A DNA stretch of 64,000 nucleotides from an uncultured Acidimicrobiales bacterium (GTDB lineage: Bacteria > Actinomycetota > Acidimicrobiia > Acidimicrobiales > SZUA-35). The position numbers and the translations under genes are program-made. Below the pieces are notes generated by a model. It had not been told where the DNA came from, did no database searches, and saw nothing but the letters and a program-made list of their open reading frames with translations. How positions within the stretch are numbered: the stretch's first letter is position 1; each line of letters opens with the position of its first letter. The stretch lies in the NCBI GenBank assembly GCA_963803845.1, contig CAWDNZ010000005.1, positions 610,289-674,288 of the forward strand, given 5' to 3'. This document shows, one piece after another, positions 9,355-17,695 of this stretch.

Positions 9355-9948
9355 GTGCTTTACGCGCCGCTTGGTCTGGTATACGACTTCCAAAAGGTCG
9401 TTCCTCAGCTCGCCAAGCGAGGAAAGAGCCAGGTGCAGCTCGGTCTCTTCCTCGGAAGAATGGCGGCATCTCGAGGCCAATCCACTGCTGAGAGGGCAAC
9501 CGCCGACGTGCTCACCACGCTTGCCACGATCACGGCCCGCGGCATAACTGAATTTGGTCAAGTCGTTGGACTCGCACCTCCCGACGATGATGCCCCGCCC
9601 TCCACGATCGCTATTGCAGATCCGCCTGGGCCCACTGCCAAGGAGCCGGGAAAGCCGGCGCCCGCCGGGAAGGCCGTAGGCAAGCCAGCAAGCAAGAAGG
9701 GTGGAAGCCCGAAGCTCTCATCAGCCAAGCAAGCCAAGGCCACCCGGGCGAAAGCCACGAAGGCGAAGTCGTCACCAGCCAGTTCCCCTCGGATGCCCAT
9801 CGCCGGGTACGACGATCTCACCGCGCGCGAAATCATCGTATTGCTCGATGATCTAACACCGTCACAACGGCAGCGAGTCCGCAATCACGAGACGGCAAAC
9901 CGTTCACGTAAGACGATCTTGGCAAAACTTGATCGTCTCGACGCCTAG
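9355..9948 (+). CDS. hypothetical protein with an Ala/Lys/Pro-rich linker and a conserved-looking C-terminal helix-hairpin (..IAGYDDLTAREIIVLLDDLT..)
   Basis: 197 aa ORF (GTG start, uncertain). The stop overlaps the next gene's GTG (TAGTG). Confidence 0.5.
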   Translation: MLYAPLGLVYDFQKVVPQLAKRGKSQVQLGLFLGRMAASRGQSTAERATADVLTTLATITARGITEFGQVVGLAPPDDDAPPSTIAIADPPGPTAKEPGKPAPAGKAVGKPASKKGGSPKLSSAKQAKATRAKATKAKSSPASSPRMPIAGYDDLTAREIIVLLDDLTPSQRQRVRNHETANRSRKTILAKLDRLDA

Positions 9949-10418
9949 TGGAGTACGACAGCGCCCGGCTCGCCAAAGAAGACGATCTTGCCGCCGTGGA
10001 ATGGATCGGTGAGGCCGTAACCCGGCCGTTGCCGGACAAAAGGGGCGGTCCAATCTTCAGCCACCGCGAGATCGGATTTGAGTCGCCGGGTGAACGGTTC
10101 CGCCGGGCGATGGCATCGGAGAACGCGATTTGTGTGGTGGGAACCTACGACGACGTCGTCTTTGGCTACAGCATCTGCTTCGTTGAATCTCTGGATAACG
10201 GAAACAAACTAGGGCGTCTCCATGATTTTGCCGTGTTCCCTGACGCTCGGGATGCGGGGATTGGCGAAGCGATGATGGACATCATCGTGGAACGCCTCAC
10301 CGATATCGGCGCGGTAGGGGTGGACGCCTGGGCTCTACCAGGGGACCGGGCTACCAAGAACTTCTTTGAGAGCTTCGGACTGAAGGCGCGGCTCCTCACC
10401 GCTCATCGCGAGCTGTGA
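9948..10418 (+). CDS. GNAT family N-acetyltransferase
   Basis: 156 aa. ..LHDFAVFPDARDAGIGEAMMD.. matches the acetyl-CoA binding motif A region. Confidence 0.8.
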   Translation: MEYDSARLAKEDDLAAVEWIGEAVTRPLPDKRGGPIFSHREIGFESPGERFRRAMASENAICVVGTYDDVVFGYSICFVESLDNGNKLGRLHDFAVFPDARDAGIGEAMMDIIVERLTDIGAVGVDAWALPGDRATKNFFESFGLKARLLTAHREL

Positions 10419-10425
10419 GAACCCC

Positions 10426-12048
10426 TTAGCCCTCGGGCTCCTCGGGAGCCGCATCTTGTTCGGCTTCAGCTTCCGTTGGTTCGGTTGCTTCCGCTGCTGG
10501 GGCTTCTGCGGTTGGTTCGGCTGCCTCAGCTGCTGGGGCTTCTGCGGTTGGTTCGGCTGCCTCAGCTGGCGGTGCTGCTTCTGTGACCCCTGTGGTGATC
10601 TCGGCCTCCACCGGTGCGCCCTCGACGGAGTCAGATGCGACCACAGTCTCAGGTTCAGGTTCAGGTTCAGGTACTACGGTGCCGGGCCGCGGCCGCGATG
10701 GTTTCTTCAGGAGATCGGCGTGGCCCTTGTTCACCTGCGGGCCGCCCTTTCCTTTGTCCTTGCGATCACGCTTGGGACGATCCGCCCCACCACTCCGGTC
10801 ACCACCACTTCGCTCACCACCACCACTGCGCTCACCGCTTGGGCGACCCGCACTACGATCGCTGCGTCCCCGTGTTCCGCCAGCTTTTCGAGCCGCCCGC
10901 ACGCGCTTGGCGGCGGCCTTGGCTTCGGAGGGTTTGATGCCGTAGTGGGCGGCGATTTCTGGGACCCGGTCGGCAACCGACCGAACGACGTCGAGGAATT
11001 TTTCGTCGGTACTGGTGGGGAAGAACTCGGGTTTGACCGCATTGCGGATCGGCGAGAACGCAAGAGCATCGAGTACCGAGGCCCAGCGGTCGGCTGGCGT
11101 CTCGGAGTTCATGGCTACAACGGTGAGTGCCGCCAGGGGTTCGGCGAGTTCCCTAGGGATGGGCGATCCGGCCTTCACTGGCCTGGACGTTAGACGAAGC
11201 GCTCGGATGACCCGCTCTTCCTTGACTGCCTTCTCGAGGTCAGCGAGCCATGCGTTGTGATCCGTTTCGATCCGACTAGCCAGACGCTCTCGCAACTCCG
11301 CAGCCAGAGCCCGGGACGTGTCGTCGCGAGCTCCCTTGTCGGCCGCCACAACTACCTGGCGTAGATCACGAAGATCCAGTTGCTCGATGTCCTGTTTGGC
11401 CGCCTCGGCGCGATCCAACCATTCTGCAGATTGCAGCTTGGGGGCCAGCCCCTCGGCGATGGAGATGATCTGTTTGGCGTTGGGGTCGCCCTTGGTAGCG
11501 GTCCGCACCGCTGGCAAGCCACCGTTGAGAAGTTGTTCGGCGATGGGCTTGTGCTCCTCGGGAATCTCGGCAATCAGGGCGTCGCGGTGCACTCGCCGAG
11601 GCTTCAAGCGGGAGGGGCGCGGTTTGGCATCGGCCGCGGGCCGCTTTTCGCGAGTTGGCCGGTCGGGGCGATCGCTCCGAGGTTTCCGCTCGGACTTCCC
11701 GCCGCGCGGGCGATCCCGATCTTGGCGGTCATTCCGGCCTTCTCGGCCACCGCTCCGACCCTTCTTTGCTCGGACCTCAGTGACCAGTTCGTCGTCACGC
11801 AGCGGCGTGCTGATTATGTCGAGAAGATTTGTTCGTTCCTTCTTGGCCTTTGGCGCAAAAACCTCGACGACCTCGATCCCGTCAAGATGGAATTCGGCTT
11901 CCACCTTCACAACGTCACCCACCTTGGCATCCGGGTAAAGCAGCGTGGTCGCCACTTCCCCTTTGGGTTGGCGAGCACCTGCAGCCCTCCAGGTCCAAGT
12001 GTCGGAATCTTTCGTGCTGGTGAGTTCCACCTCAATGCGGCGTGCCAT
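10426..12048 (-). CDS. hypothetical protein with a structured N-terminal domain, Arg/Lys/Asp-rich disordered segments and an acidic Ala/Glu/Pro tandem-repeat C-terminus
   Basis: 540 aa ORF with coherent coding character throughout. A 36 bp in-frame tandem repeat at about 10460-10570 encodes AEAPAAEAAEPT. Confidence 0.7.
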   Translation of the reverse strand: MARRIEVELTSTKDSDTWTWRAAGARQPKGEVATTLLYPDAKVGDVVKVEAEFHLDGIEVVEVFAPKAKKERTNLLDIISTPLRDDELVTEVRAKKGRSGGREGRNDRQDRDRPRGGKSERKPRSDRPDRPTREKRPAADAKPRPSRLKPRRVHRDALIAEIPEEHKPIAEQLLNGGLPAVRTATKGDPNAKQIISIAEGLAPKLQSAEWLDRAEAAKQDIEQLDLRDLRQVVVAADKGARDDTSRALAAELRERLASRIETDHNAWLADLEKAVKEERVIRALRLTSRPVKAGSPIPRELAEPLAALTVVAMNSETPADRWASVLDALAFSPIRNAVKPEFFPTSTDEKFLDVVRSVADRVPEIAAHYGIKPSEAKAAAKRVRAARKAGGTRGRSDRSAGRPSGERSGGGERSGGDRSGGADRPKRDRKDKGKGGPQVNKGHADLLKKPSRPRPGTVVPEPEPEPETVVASDSVEGAPVEAEITTGVTEAAPPAEAAEPTAEAPAAEAAEPTAEAPAAEATEPTEAEAEQDAAPEEPEG

Positions 12049-12315
12049 AAGGGTCTAGAGGTTAGCTGCAATGGGCGGCATTTCGTGCCTGGAGGAGTCC
12101 TCTATATCAGAACGTTTTGGCCGATAGGTCTCGGTGGAACCCTTTGTTATGACCGTGCAGTGCCCTACATGCTCTATGAGCGCTCGAAGTACCGACCATC
12201 GCCTCCTTCGCCCCGTTGGTACCGAAATCGTAGAAACCAGCGATGATCTCCGCCAATGCCGCAACTGCGGTGATGTGGTGGCGATCCTGCAGCTCGCACT
12301 CGTCTAGCCTGCAAG

Positions 12316-12353
12316 CCCAAAACAGCGGAAGGGCCGAGCATGACGCCCGGCCC
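12316..12353 (-). terminator. weak terminator candidate downstream of the CHRD/DUF4214 gene
   Basis: GGGCCG (12331-12336) / CGGCCC (12348-12353) stem. On the minus strand it is followed, after 8 nt, by a TTTT run. Confidence 0.35.
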
Positions 12354-12407
12354 AACCGCAATTTGACTTCTGAACTAGCTGTGTGAATTCAGCGTGTTGT
12401 CAGCGCC

Positions 12408-14330
12408 TCACGTAGTGGGGGCGTAGGGGAGACGGTTGATGAACTCGTTGTTGATCGCTACGTAGTAGACGACCTGGGCACGGGTTCCCTTGGTCAGTGC
12501 GGCGTTGGAGCCCGACAGGTTGGTGCCGTTCAAGATGTCGTTCCAGTAGGCAACACCAGCCGGTTCGCCGGTCCGACCCAGAACGTTCTGGTAGACGGTA
12601 TCGACGAAATCGGCGTCGCTTACGCTGCCAAATGTGGTCTTGAACTCGGTTGAGCCGGTGAAGAACCCAGACAGTTCCAGGGTGCCGTACACCCGGCGGT
12701 TGGCAACAGGACCTTCTTGTCCCTTACTCACGGCGATCCAGTACTTGACACCGGCAACATCCGGGGTGCGGTTGAAGAACGCTGTGTAGAGCCGCAGGAT
12801 CTCCTGATCCTTGCCCTTGTTCTCGGCGTTGGACCGGTAGTCCGAAGCTGCCAGGATTTCGTCGATGGACGTTGCCTCGGCCACGGTGCCGCTGAATGCG
12901 ACTGGCGGCTCAGGCGTTTCCGGAGGAGCCAAACGAGCAGCCCGCATGTTTGCGCATGCGAAGACCTTGGTCGCAGGATTGTCGGTAATGATGATGGTGT
13001 ACTCGTCGTTGTTCAATGCGGACAGCGTGGTGGTATACCCGCTCGCGTTGGACAGATTCGCTCGCAGTACGCCATTGTTGGCGTTGAACCCTGATCCGAG
13101 GTCGGAATTATCCGCCGGCAAGCTTTTCTGCTCGGCGAGGTCGGCCGAGCACTGCATCGAGTCAGGGGCGGCCAGTCGTGCCTTGTAGGCGCTACCGTCG
13201 GTGGGGCTGTTTGCACTGGTGAGTAGTAAGAGTTCGACCGAGCCAGCTGCCCCGTTCGCATTGTTCTTCAAGAAACCGGGACCGGCGATGTTTGAGGCGT
13301 TGTAGGAAACGAAGTCGAGGTTGTACAGCTGCCCCCCGGTACTTGTGCCAGAGCTGACGAACTGCGCACAGTTGGAAGGATGCGTTTCTTGGAGTGTAAG
13401 TCCATTGCGCCGGTTCGCATCACTAGTGTCGGGTTCGCTCTCACTGCCGAGCAACACGAGGCTGTAGTTACCAAGGGCCGCGGCCTGGGCGGCGGACAGA
13501 ATCACTCGGGTCTGGACCGTTAGCGTGTCCAAGGTGGACTCGTCAACCTCAGTTGTCAAGGGATCATCTTCAGCGCCAGCAACCGGCACCCACGAGCTGT
13601 TGGTGTAGATGTCTACCCACGAACCCGCCGGATCTGGTGCATCGGTTTTTCCTGTCCGGGTGACCGACAGAACGATGTCGGCCGTGATGCTGGCGAAGTC
13701 ACCAGGAGTACAGCTCGAGGTGTCGCGGAGCATCAATAAGTGACGGCCGCCCTCGAGCAGGTCGTCGCCTTCGTACGCGAGGTCAACATTGAGCATGTTG
13801 CCCTGAAGACTGACCTGGCCGCTCACCGTGATGTCGGTGCTGTTGAGGTTGGGCGCGCTGCCTGTGGCGGCGAAGCTGTTCGTTTCCGGTGGCGTGACCT
13901 GGGGGTCGTCGCTGAGAGCGAGTTCACCACAGGCGAGCACATTGCCGAGGTTGCCCGCCTCGTGCACGTTGAAGTAGACGTTCTCCATGTCGGCGGTACC
14001 ACGCGGAACAGTTACTTCGTAGACGAAGCGGCCGTCGATTACCGGAACGGTCGATCCATCAACGCTGACCGCGATACCTCCGCCAGCGTCACAGGTAGCA
14101 CCGGTGTGGAAATGCATTACCACCCCGTCGAAGTCGATGTCGTCGGCGAAGACGACCACATCGAGGTTGGTCCCGTTGACTGTGGCCGAAGCATTGCCGG
14201 TAACACCGGATGCTCCCTGCTGGGTCAGCGGATAGCTGTATGTTTCTCCCTCAATCGACTCTGCAGAGGTTGGGCCGGTAAAACCGACCACCGCAGCAGA
14301 AGCGGTGAGAAAGGCCAGCGCGGCCTTCAT
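12408..14330 (-). CDS. secreted protein with an N-terminal CHRD-like domain and C-terminal DUF4214 repeats
   Basis: The internal ATG at 14330 gives the signal peptide MKAALAFLTASAAVVGFTGPTSAES. ..VVMHFHTGATCDAGG.. and ..VYFNVHEAGNLGNV.. are CHRD-like. The C-terminus ..FVDTVYQNVLGRTGEPAGVAYWNDILNG.. is DUF4214-like. Confidence 0.75.
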   Translation of the reverse strand: MKAALAFLTASAAVVGFTGPTSAESIEGETYSYPLTQQGASGVTGNASATVNGTNLDVVVFADDIDFDGVVMHFHTGATCDAGGGIAVSVDGSTVPVIDGRFVYEVTVPRGTADMENVYFNVHEAGNLGNVLACGELALSDDPQVTPPETNSFAATGSAPNLNSTDITVSGQVSLQGNMLNVDLAYEGDDLLEGGRHLLMLRDTSSCTPGDFASITADIVLSVTRTGKTDAPDPAGSWVDIYTNSSWVPVAGAEDDPLTTEVDESTLDTLTVQTRVILSAAQAAALGNYSLVLLGSESEPDTSDANRRNGLTLQETHPSNCAQFVSSGTSTGGQLYNLDFVSYNASNIAGPGFLKNNANGAAGSVELLLLTSANSPTDGSAYKARLAAPDSMQCSADLAEQKSLPADNSDLGSGFNANNGVLRANLSNASGYTTTLSALNNDEYTIIITDNPATKVFACANMRAARLAPPETPEPPVAFSGTVAEATSIDEILAASDYRSNAENKGKDQEILRLYTAFFNRTPDVAGVKYWIAVSKGQEGPVANRRVYGTLELSGFFTGSTEFKTTFGSVSDADFVDTVYQNVLGRTGEPAGVAYWNDILNGTNLSGSNAALTKGTRAQVVYYVAINNEFINRLPYAPTT

Positions 14331-14478
14331 AGTTTTGCTCTTCAATGGATGCTCCTTGGTTGGCTTCACAGCGCCCGAAACTCCACCCCACAGCCGGAGA
14401 GGGTAGACCCCCGCAGGTGTGTTTGGTACTACAGGAGGAGAAATTCTTCCCCTCATGCGATATTGGGTCCCCCAACGA

Positions 14479-14835
14479 TTACGTCGACGAGAGTTCAGGT
14501 TCTGACTTCGCAGGGTTGCGTCGCTTCAAGCCGCGCAAGCGAACGCCGCTGAACGGTGGCTGTTCGGCTGCGCTCATGCGGATCGCCAGCCGCAGGCTCT
14601 GCGCAGCGCGGGCACCGATGCGGCCACGGTCAGCGCCAGCGACAAAGACTGCAAGGGCCTCACGGAGTAGTACGTCGTTGCTTCCCGCCGCCTTACACAG
14701 TGTTGCTGCGGAGGCCTCGATAGTGAGCGCCTCAGCAACAGGTGAAGTGGGCTCAGATCGGTTGAGCCGAATTGCCATTCGTGCAAGGGGCTCCCAACGA
14801 GGCGCGCTGCCTTGGCGCTGATCAGGCCCGCTCAT
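14479..14835 (-). CDS. hypothetical protein (doubtful)
   Basis: 118 aa ORF upstream of and co-directional with the CHRD gene. Helical-looking sequence, but codon bias is not convincing and no motif was recognised. Confidence 0.25.
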   Translation of the reverse strand: MSGPDQRQGSAPRWEPLARMAIRLNRSEPTSPVAEALTIEASAATLCKAAGSNDVLLREALAVFVAGADRGRIGARAAQSLRLAIRMSAAEQPPFSGVRLRGLKRRNPAKSEPELSST

Positions 14836-15079
14836 CGGCCGCCTCCGATGGGAGACGCAGCCGAGGGCCGGTGGCTCACTGGTGCGTTGTTCGTTGATGT
14901 AGTCATGTCGAGTCGCCCCTGTAGTACTCGGTCAGTCTCCTCAGCTGAACCCTAGAGTGATGGTTGAAGGTCTCGCAACTCTCTTCTTTTACCAATCGGC
15001 TGACCTCGATAATTACTTAAGGGTCTTAGATCTTGGTCGATATAGAGGCCGATGCGCCCGTGATTGCCATACTGCACGA

Positions 15080-17032
15080 ATGAAACACCGCTCCCTTCGG
15101 ATGGGCATCGACACCGGCGGCACATTCACCGATGCCGCACTGGTCGATGGAAGAGGGAAGTTGGTGGCGTCGGTGAAGTCACCGACGACGCATCATGATC
15201 TCATCAAGGGAATTCTTGGCGCAATGGAGGGGATTCTTGAGAAGGCGGCGCTCGCTCGGATTGCGCCGGCCGACATCTCGGTGGTTTCACTCTCAACGAC
15301 GTTGGCCACTAACGCCATGGTGGAGCGCACCGGGACTGGTGCAGCAATCGTGCTCGTTGGTTTCGACTCTGGCGCAGCGGCCCGCATTGATGGTTTGGAT
15401 CGTGCTGTAGACGTGCTCCACATCCCGGGCGGCCACGACGCCCACGGCCGGTCGGTACAGGAACTTGATATGAAGGTCTTGGCTGCGGGGTTGGATCGCC
15501 TCGCTAGTCAGGCTGTTGATGCTGTTGCTGTGGCAGGCATGTTCGCGGTACGTAATCGCGCTCACGAAGTAGCCGTTCGAGACGCCATCGCTGCGCACCC
15601 TCGTCTTGCAAGTGTCCCGGTGACCTGCACTCACGATCTGACCGGTCGCTTGAACGGGCCCCGACGAGCCGCCACCGCACTGGCCAACGCACTCCTCACG
15701 GTGCCGGTCAGTTTCCTGCTCGATGCGTTCCAATCGGGGGCGGATGCAGTGGGCATCGATGCGCCGCTGGTGGTCGTGAGATCTGACGGGTCCGTGATGT
15801 CGTTGAGCCAGGCGCGTGAGCGCCCCGTGGACACCATCCTGTCCGGGCCGGCGGCGTCGTTACTGGGCGGTTTGCAGTTGAGTGGTGTGGATTCTGGCGT
15901 GGTCGTGGATATCGGAGGCACAACAACAGACGTAGCGGTGGTGTCCGGCCGCATTCCGGTGCTGAGCGACGACGGCGCAGTGGTAGGCGGAACCGCAACG
16001 ATGGTGCGTTCGCCCCTGATCACCACCGAGGGTTTGGGCGGCGACTCCGAGGTCTCATGGCATGAACAAGACCGGCGGCTCCTACTCGGTCCGGGACGAG
16101 TGGTTCCGCTTTCCGTCGCCGCCATCAGTTTTCCTCAGATCGTTGAGATCCTCGCCCGGCAAGGTGTGCGCCGGCCGTTGGCCGACACCGACGGGCTGTT
16201 CTTGATCACCGCCGGAGGCGATCTTCGCGAGGCCGCCGCCGCCCTTCCAACCCGTCGGGATCTCATCGCCGCCCGCCGAGACGCAGCGAAAGGGAAGCTC
16301 CGATTTGTGGGTCTCACGCCTACTGACGCGGCGCTCGTGGCAGCCCCAGAGGCTGTGTCCGTGTTGGGAAGAGAGGTTGATCCAGCCGCCGCTCAGGCGG
16401 GGCTTGTGGTCTTTGCTCGCTGCCTCACCAGGCTCGGTGTTGAACGTTTCGCGTCGCCGATGACCGCCGCCCAAGCCATTCTGCGGATGGTGGAGCTTCG
16501 CACCGGCGAGATCGTGGCGGGAGCGGTCGGGGTCAGCTCAGCCGTCTGGACTGCCGCCGTCGCAGATGCGACCTCCTCAATCGCCAGGGTAAGTGTTCAG
16601 CTCGACCGTCCAATTATCGGAATCGGAGCGTCGGCGTTCCTGTATCACCCGGCGCTCGAGGCGATGTTCACAACCCCCGTCCTTGTCCCGGCCGGTAGCG
16701 AGGTGGCCAATGCGGTGGGGGCGGCCGTTGGCTCGGTGCGAATTCAGGATGTCGCAGTGATCACTCAACCCAAACGCCGGGACTTCGTGCTTCACAGACC
16801 CGGAGACACCGTGGCATTTGACAAGCTGGTGGCGGCCGAGGCTGAGGCCGAGCTTCGTCTCCGATCCTCACTCCTCGAGCGTTACGCATTATCGGGCCTT
16901 CAAGAGAACGGTGGTGATCCTCCCACGGTCCAGATTGTTCGCAAGGAGAGGGTGGCAATGGTGGATGGGGCAGAGTTCTTCGTGGAGTGCCGGCTCGAGG
17001 GAACGCTCATGACCGAACCGGGAACCAGCTGA
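15080..17032 (+). CDS. hydantoinase/oxoprolinase family protein
   Basis: ATG 15080 gives MKHRSLRMGIDTGGTFTDAALVDGRG.., the ASKHA-fold N-terminus of HyuA-type hydantoinases. About 650 aa. Confidence 0.8.
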   Translation: MKHRSLRMGIDTGGTFTDAALVDGRGKLVASVKSPTTHHDLIKGILGAMEGILEKAALARIAPADISVVSLSTTLATNAMVERTGTGAAIVLVGFDSGAAARIDGLDRAVDVLHIPGGHDAHGRSVQELDMKVLAAGLDRLASQAVDAVAVAGMFAVRNRAHEVAVRDAIAAHPRLASVPVTCTHDLTGRLNGPRRAATALANALLTVPVSFLLDAFQSGADAVGIDAPLVVVRSDGSVMSLSQARERPVDTILSGPAASLLGGLQLSGVDSGVVVDIGGTTTDVAVVSGRIPVLSDDGAVVGGTATMVRSPLITTEGLGGDSEVSWHEQDRRLLLGPGRVVPLSVAAISFPQIVEILARQGVRRPLADTDGLFLITAGGDLREAAAALPTRRDLIAARRDAAKGKLRFVGLTPTDAALVAAPEAVSVLGREVDPAAAQAGLVVFARCLTRLGVERFASPMTAAQAILRMVELRTGEIVAGAVGVSSAVWTAAVADATSSIARVSVQLDRPIIGIGASAFLYHPALEAMFTTPVLVPAGSEVANAVGAAVGSVRIQDVAVITQPKRRDFVLHRPGDTVAFDKLVAAEAEAELRLRSSLLERYALSGLQENGGDPPTVQIVRKERVAMVDGAEFFVECRLEGTLMTEPGTS

Positions 17033-17054
17033 CGGGGGTCGTCGTCAAATCGAT

Positions 17055-17663
17055 ATGAACGACGCTCCTCTCACCACAACGGCACCGAACCTGTGGAAAA
17101 TGCCGAAGATCCTTCGGATACTCCTTACCTTCGCCGTCGTGTTTCTCACGATTCTGCTGGGACCAGCCGAACCGGCTTCGGCCTGTAGTTGCGTTGGCTT
17201 CGACGCAGCAATCGAAATGGATGATGCGGCGCTGGTATTCACCGGTCAGGTAGTTGATGAACAGAGCGCGGCCGGACTCTTCGGTGACGAGCAGACCGCT
17301 CTCCTTTTCGACATCGACCGGGTGTTCAAAGGCGATGTCCTTCCTCAGGTGGTGGTCAATGGCCCCGCCGATGTTGGAGCCGGCTGCGGGATAGGTCTCC
17401 GAGGCCCGATGGCCGTGCTGGCATACTCCGACGGTCAGACCCTCAGCAGTAGTTCCTGCTCGTCGTCGGCGCTCGATGCCACAACACTGGACCTGTTGAT
17501 CGCCAAATATGGTCCGGGGGAGGAGGCGGCACCACTGGAGAGCCCTGGACTGTTCGGTGACGCTGGTTTTCCAGTTGTCTTGATCGCGGGGGCATTGGCC
17601 TTCGCTGGCGCACTCGCTGCGGGGATCCTTGTTGTGGCGAGAGGTCAAGCCACAGAGCAGTAG
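17055..17663 (+). CDS. membrane-anchored secreted hypothetical protein; the mature N-terminus begins CSC
   Basis: Signal peptide ..LLGPAEPASA followed by CSCVGFD.., and a C-terminal TM helix FPVVLIAGALAFAGALAAGILVV. Confidence 0.6.
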   Translation: MNDAPLTTTAPNLWKMPKILRILLTFAVVFLTILLGPAEPASACSCVGFDAAIEMDDAALVFTGQVVDEQSAAGLFGDEQTALLFDIDRVFKGDVLPQVVVNGPADVGAGCGIGLRGPMAVLAYSDGQTLSSSSCSSSALDATTLDLLIAKYGPGEEAAPLESPGLFGDAGFPVVLIAGALAFAGALAAGILVVARGQATEQ

Positions 17664-17695
17664 ATCCGCTGGTCCCATTGCTACCGTGAGCGGCC

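Noticed and set aside
12107-12361. 84 aa minus-strand ORF in the long intergenic region
   Set aside because: Cys/Arg-rich N-terminus, no RBS, and it overlaps the predicted terminator of the upstream gene. Evidence for coding is insufficient.
14345-14821. 158 aa plus-strand ORF opposite the 118 aa ORF 14479..14835
   Set aside because: Arg/Ser/Ala-rich, and it begins inside the CHRD gene's 5' region on the opposite strand. It is less protein-like than the (itself doubtful) minus-strand ORF.
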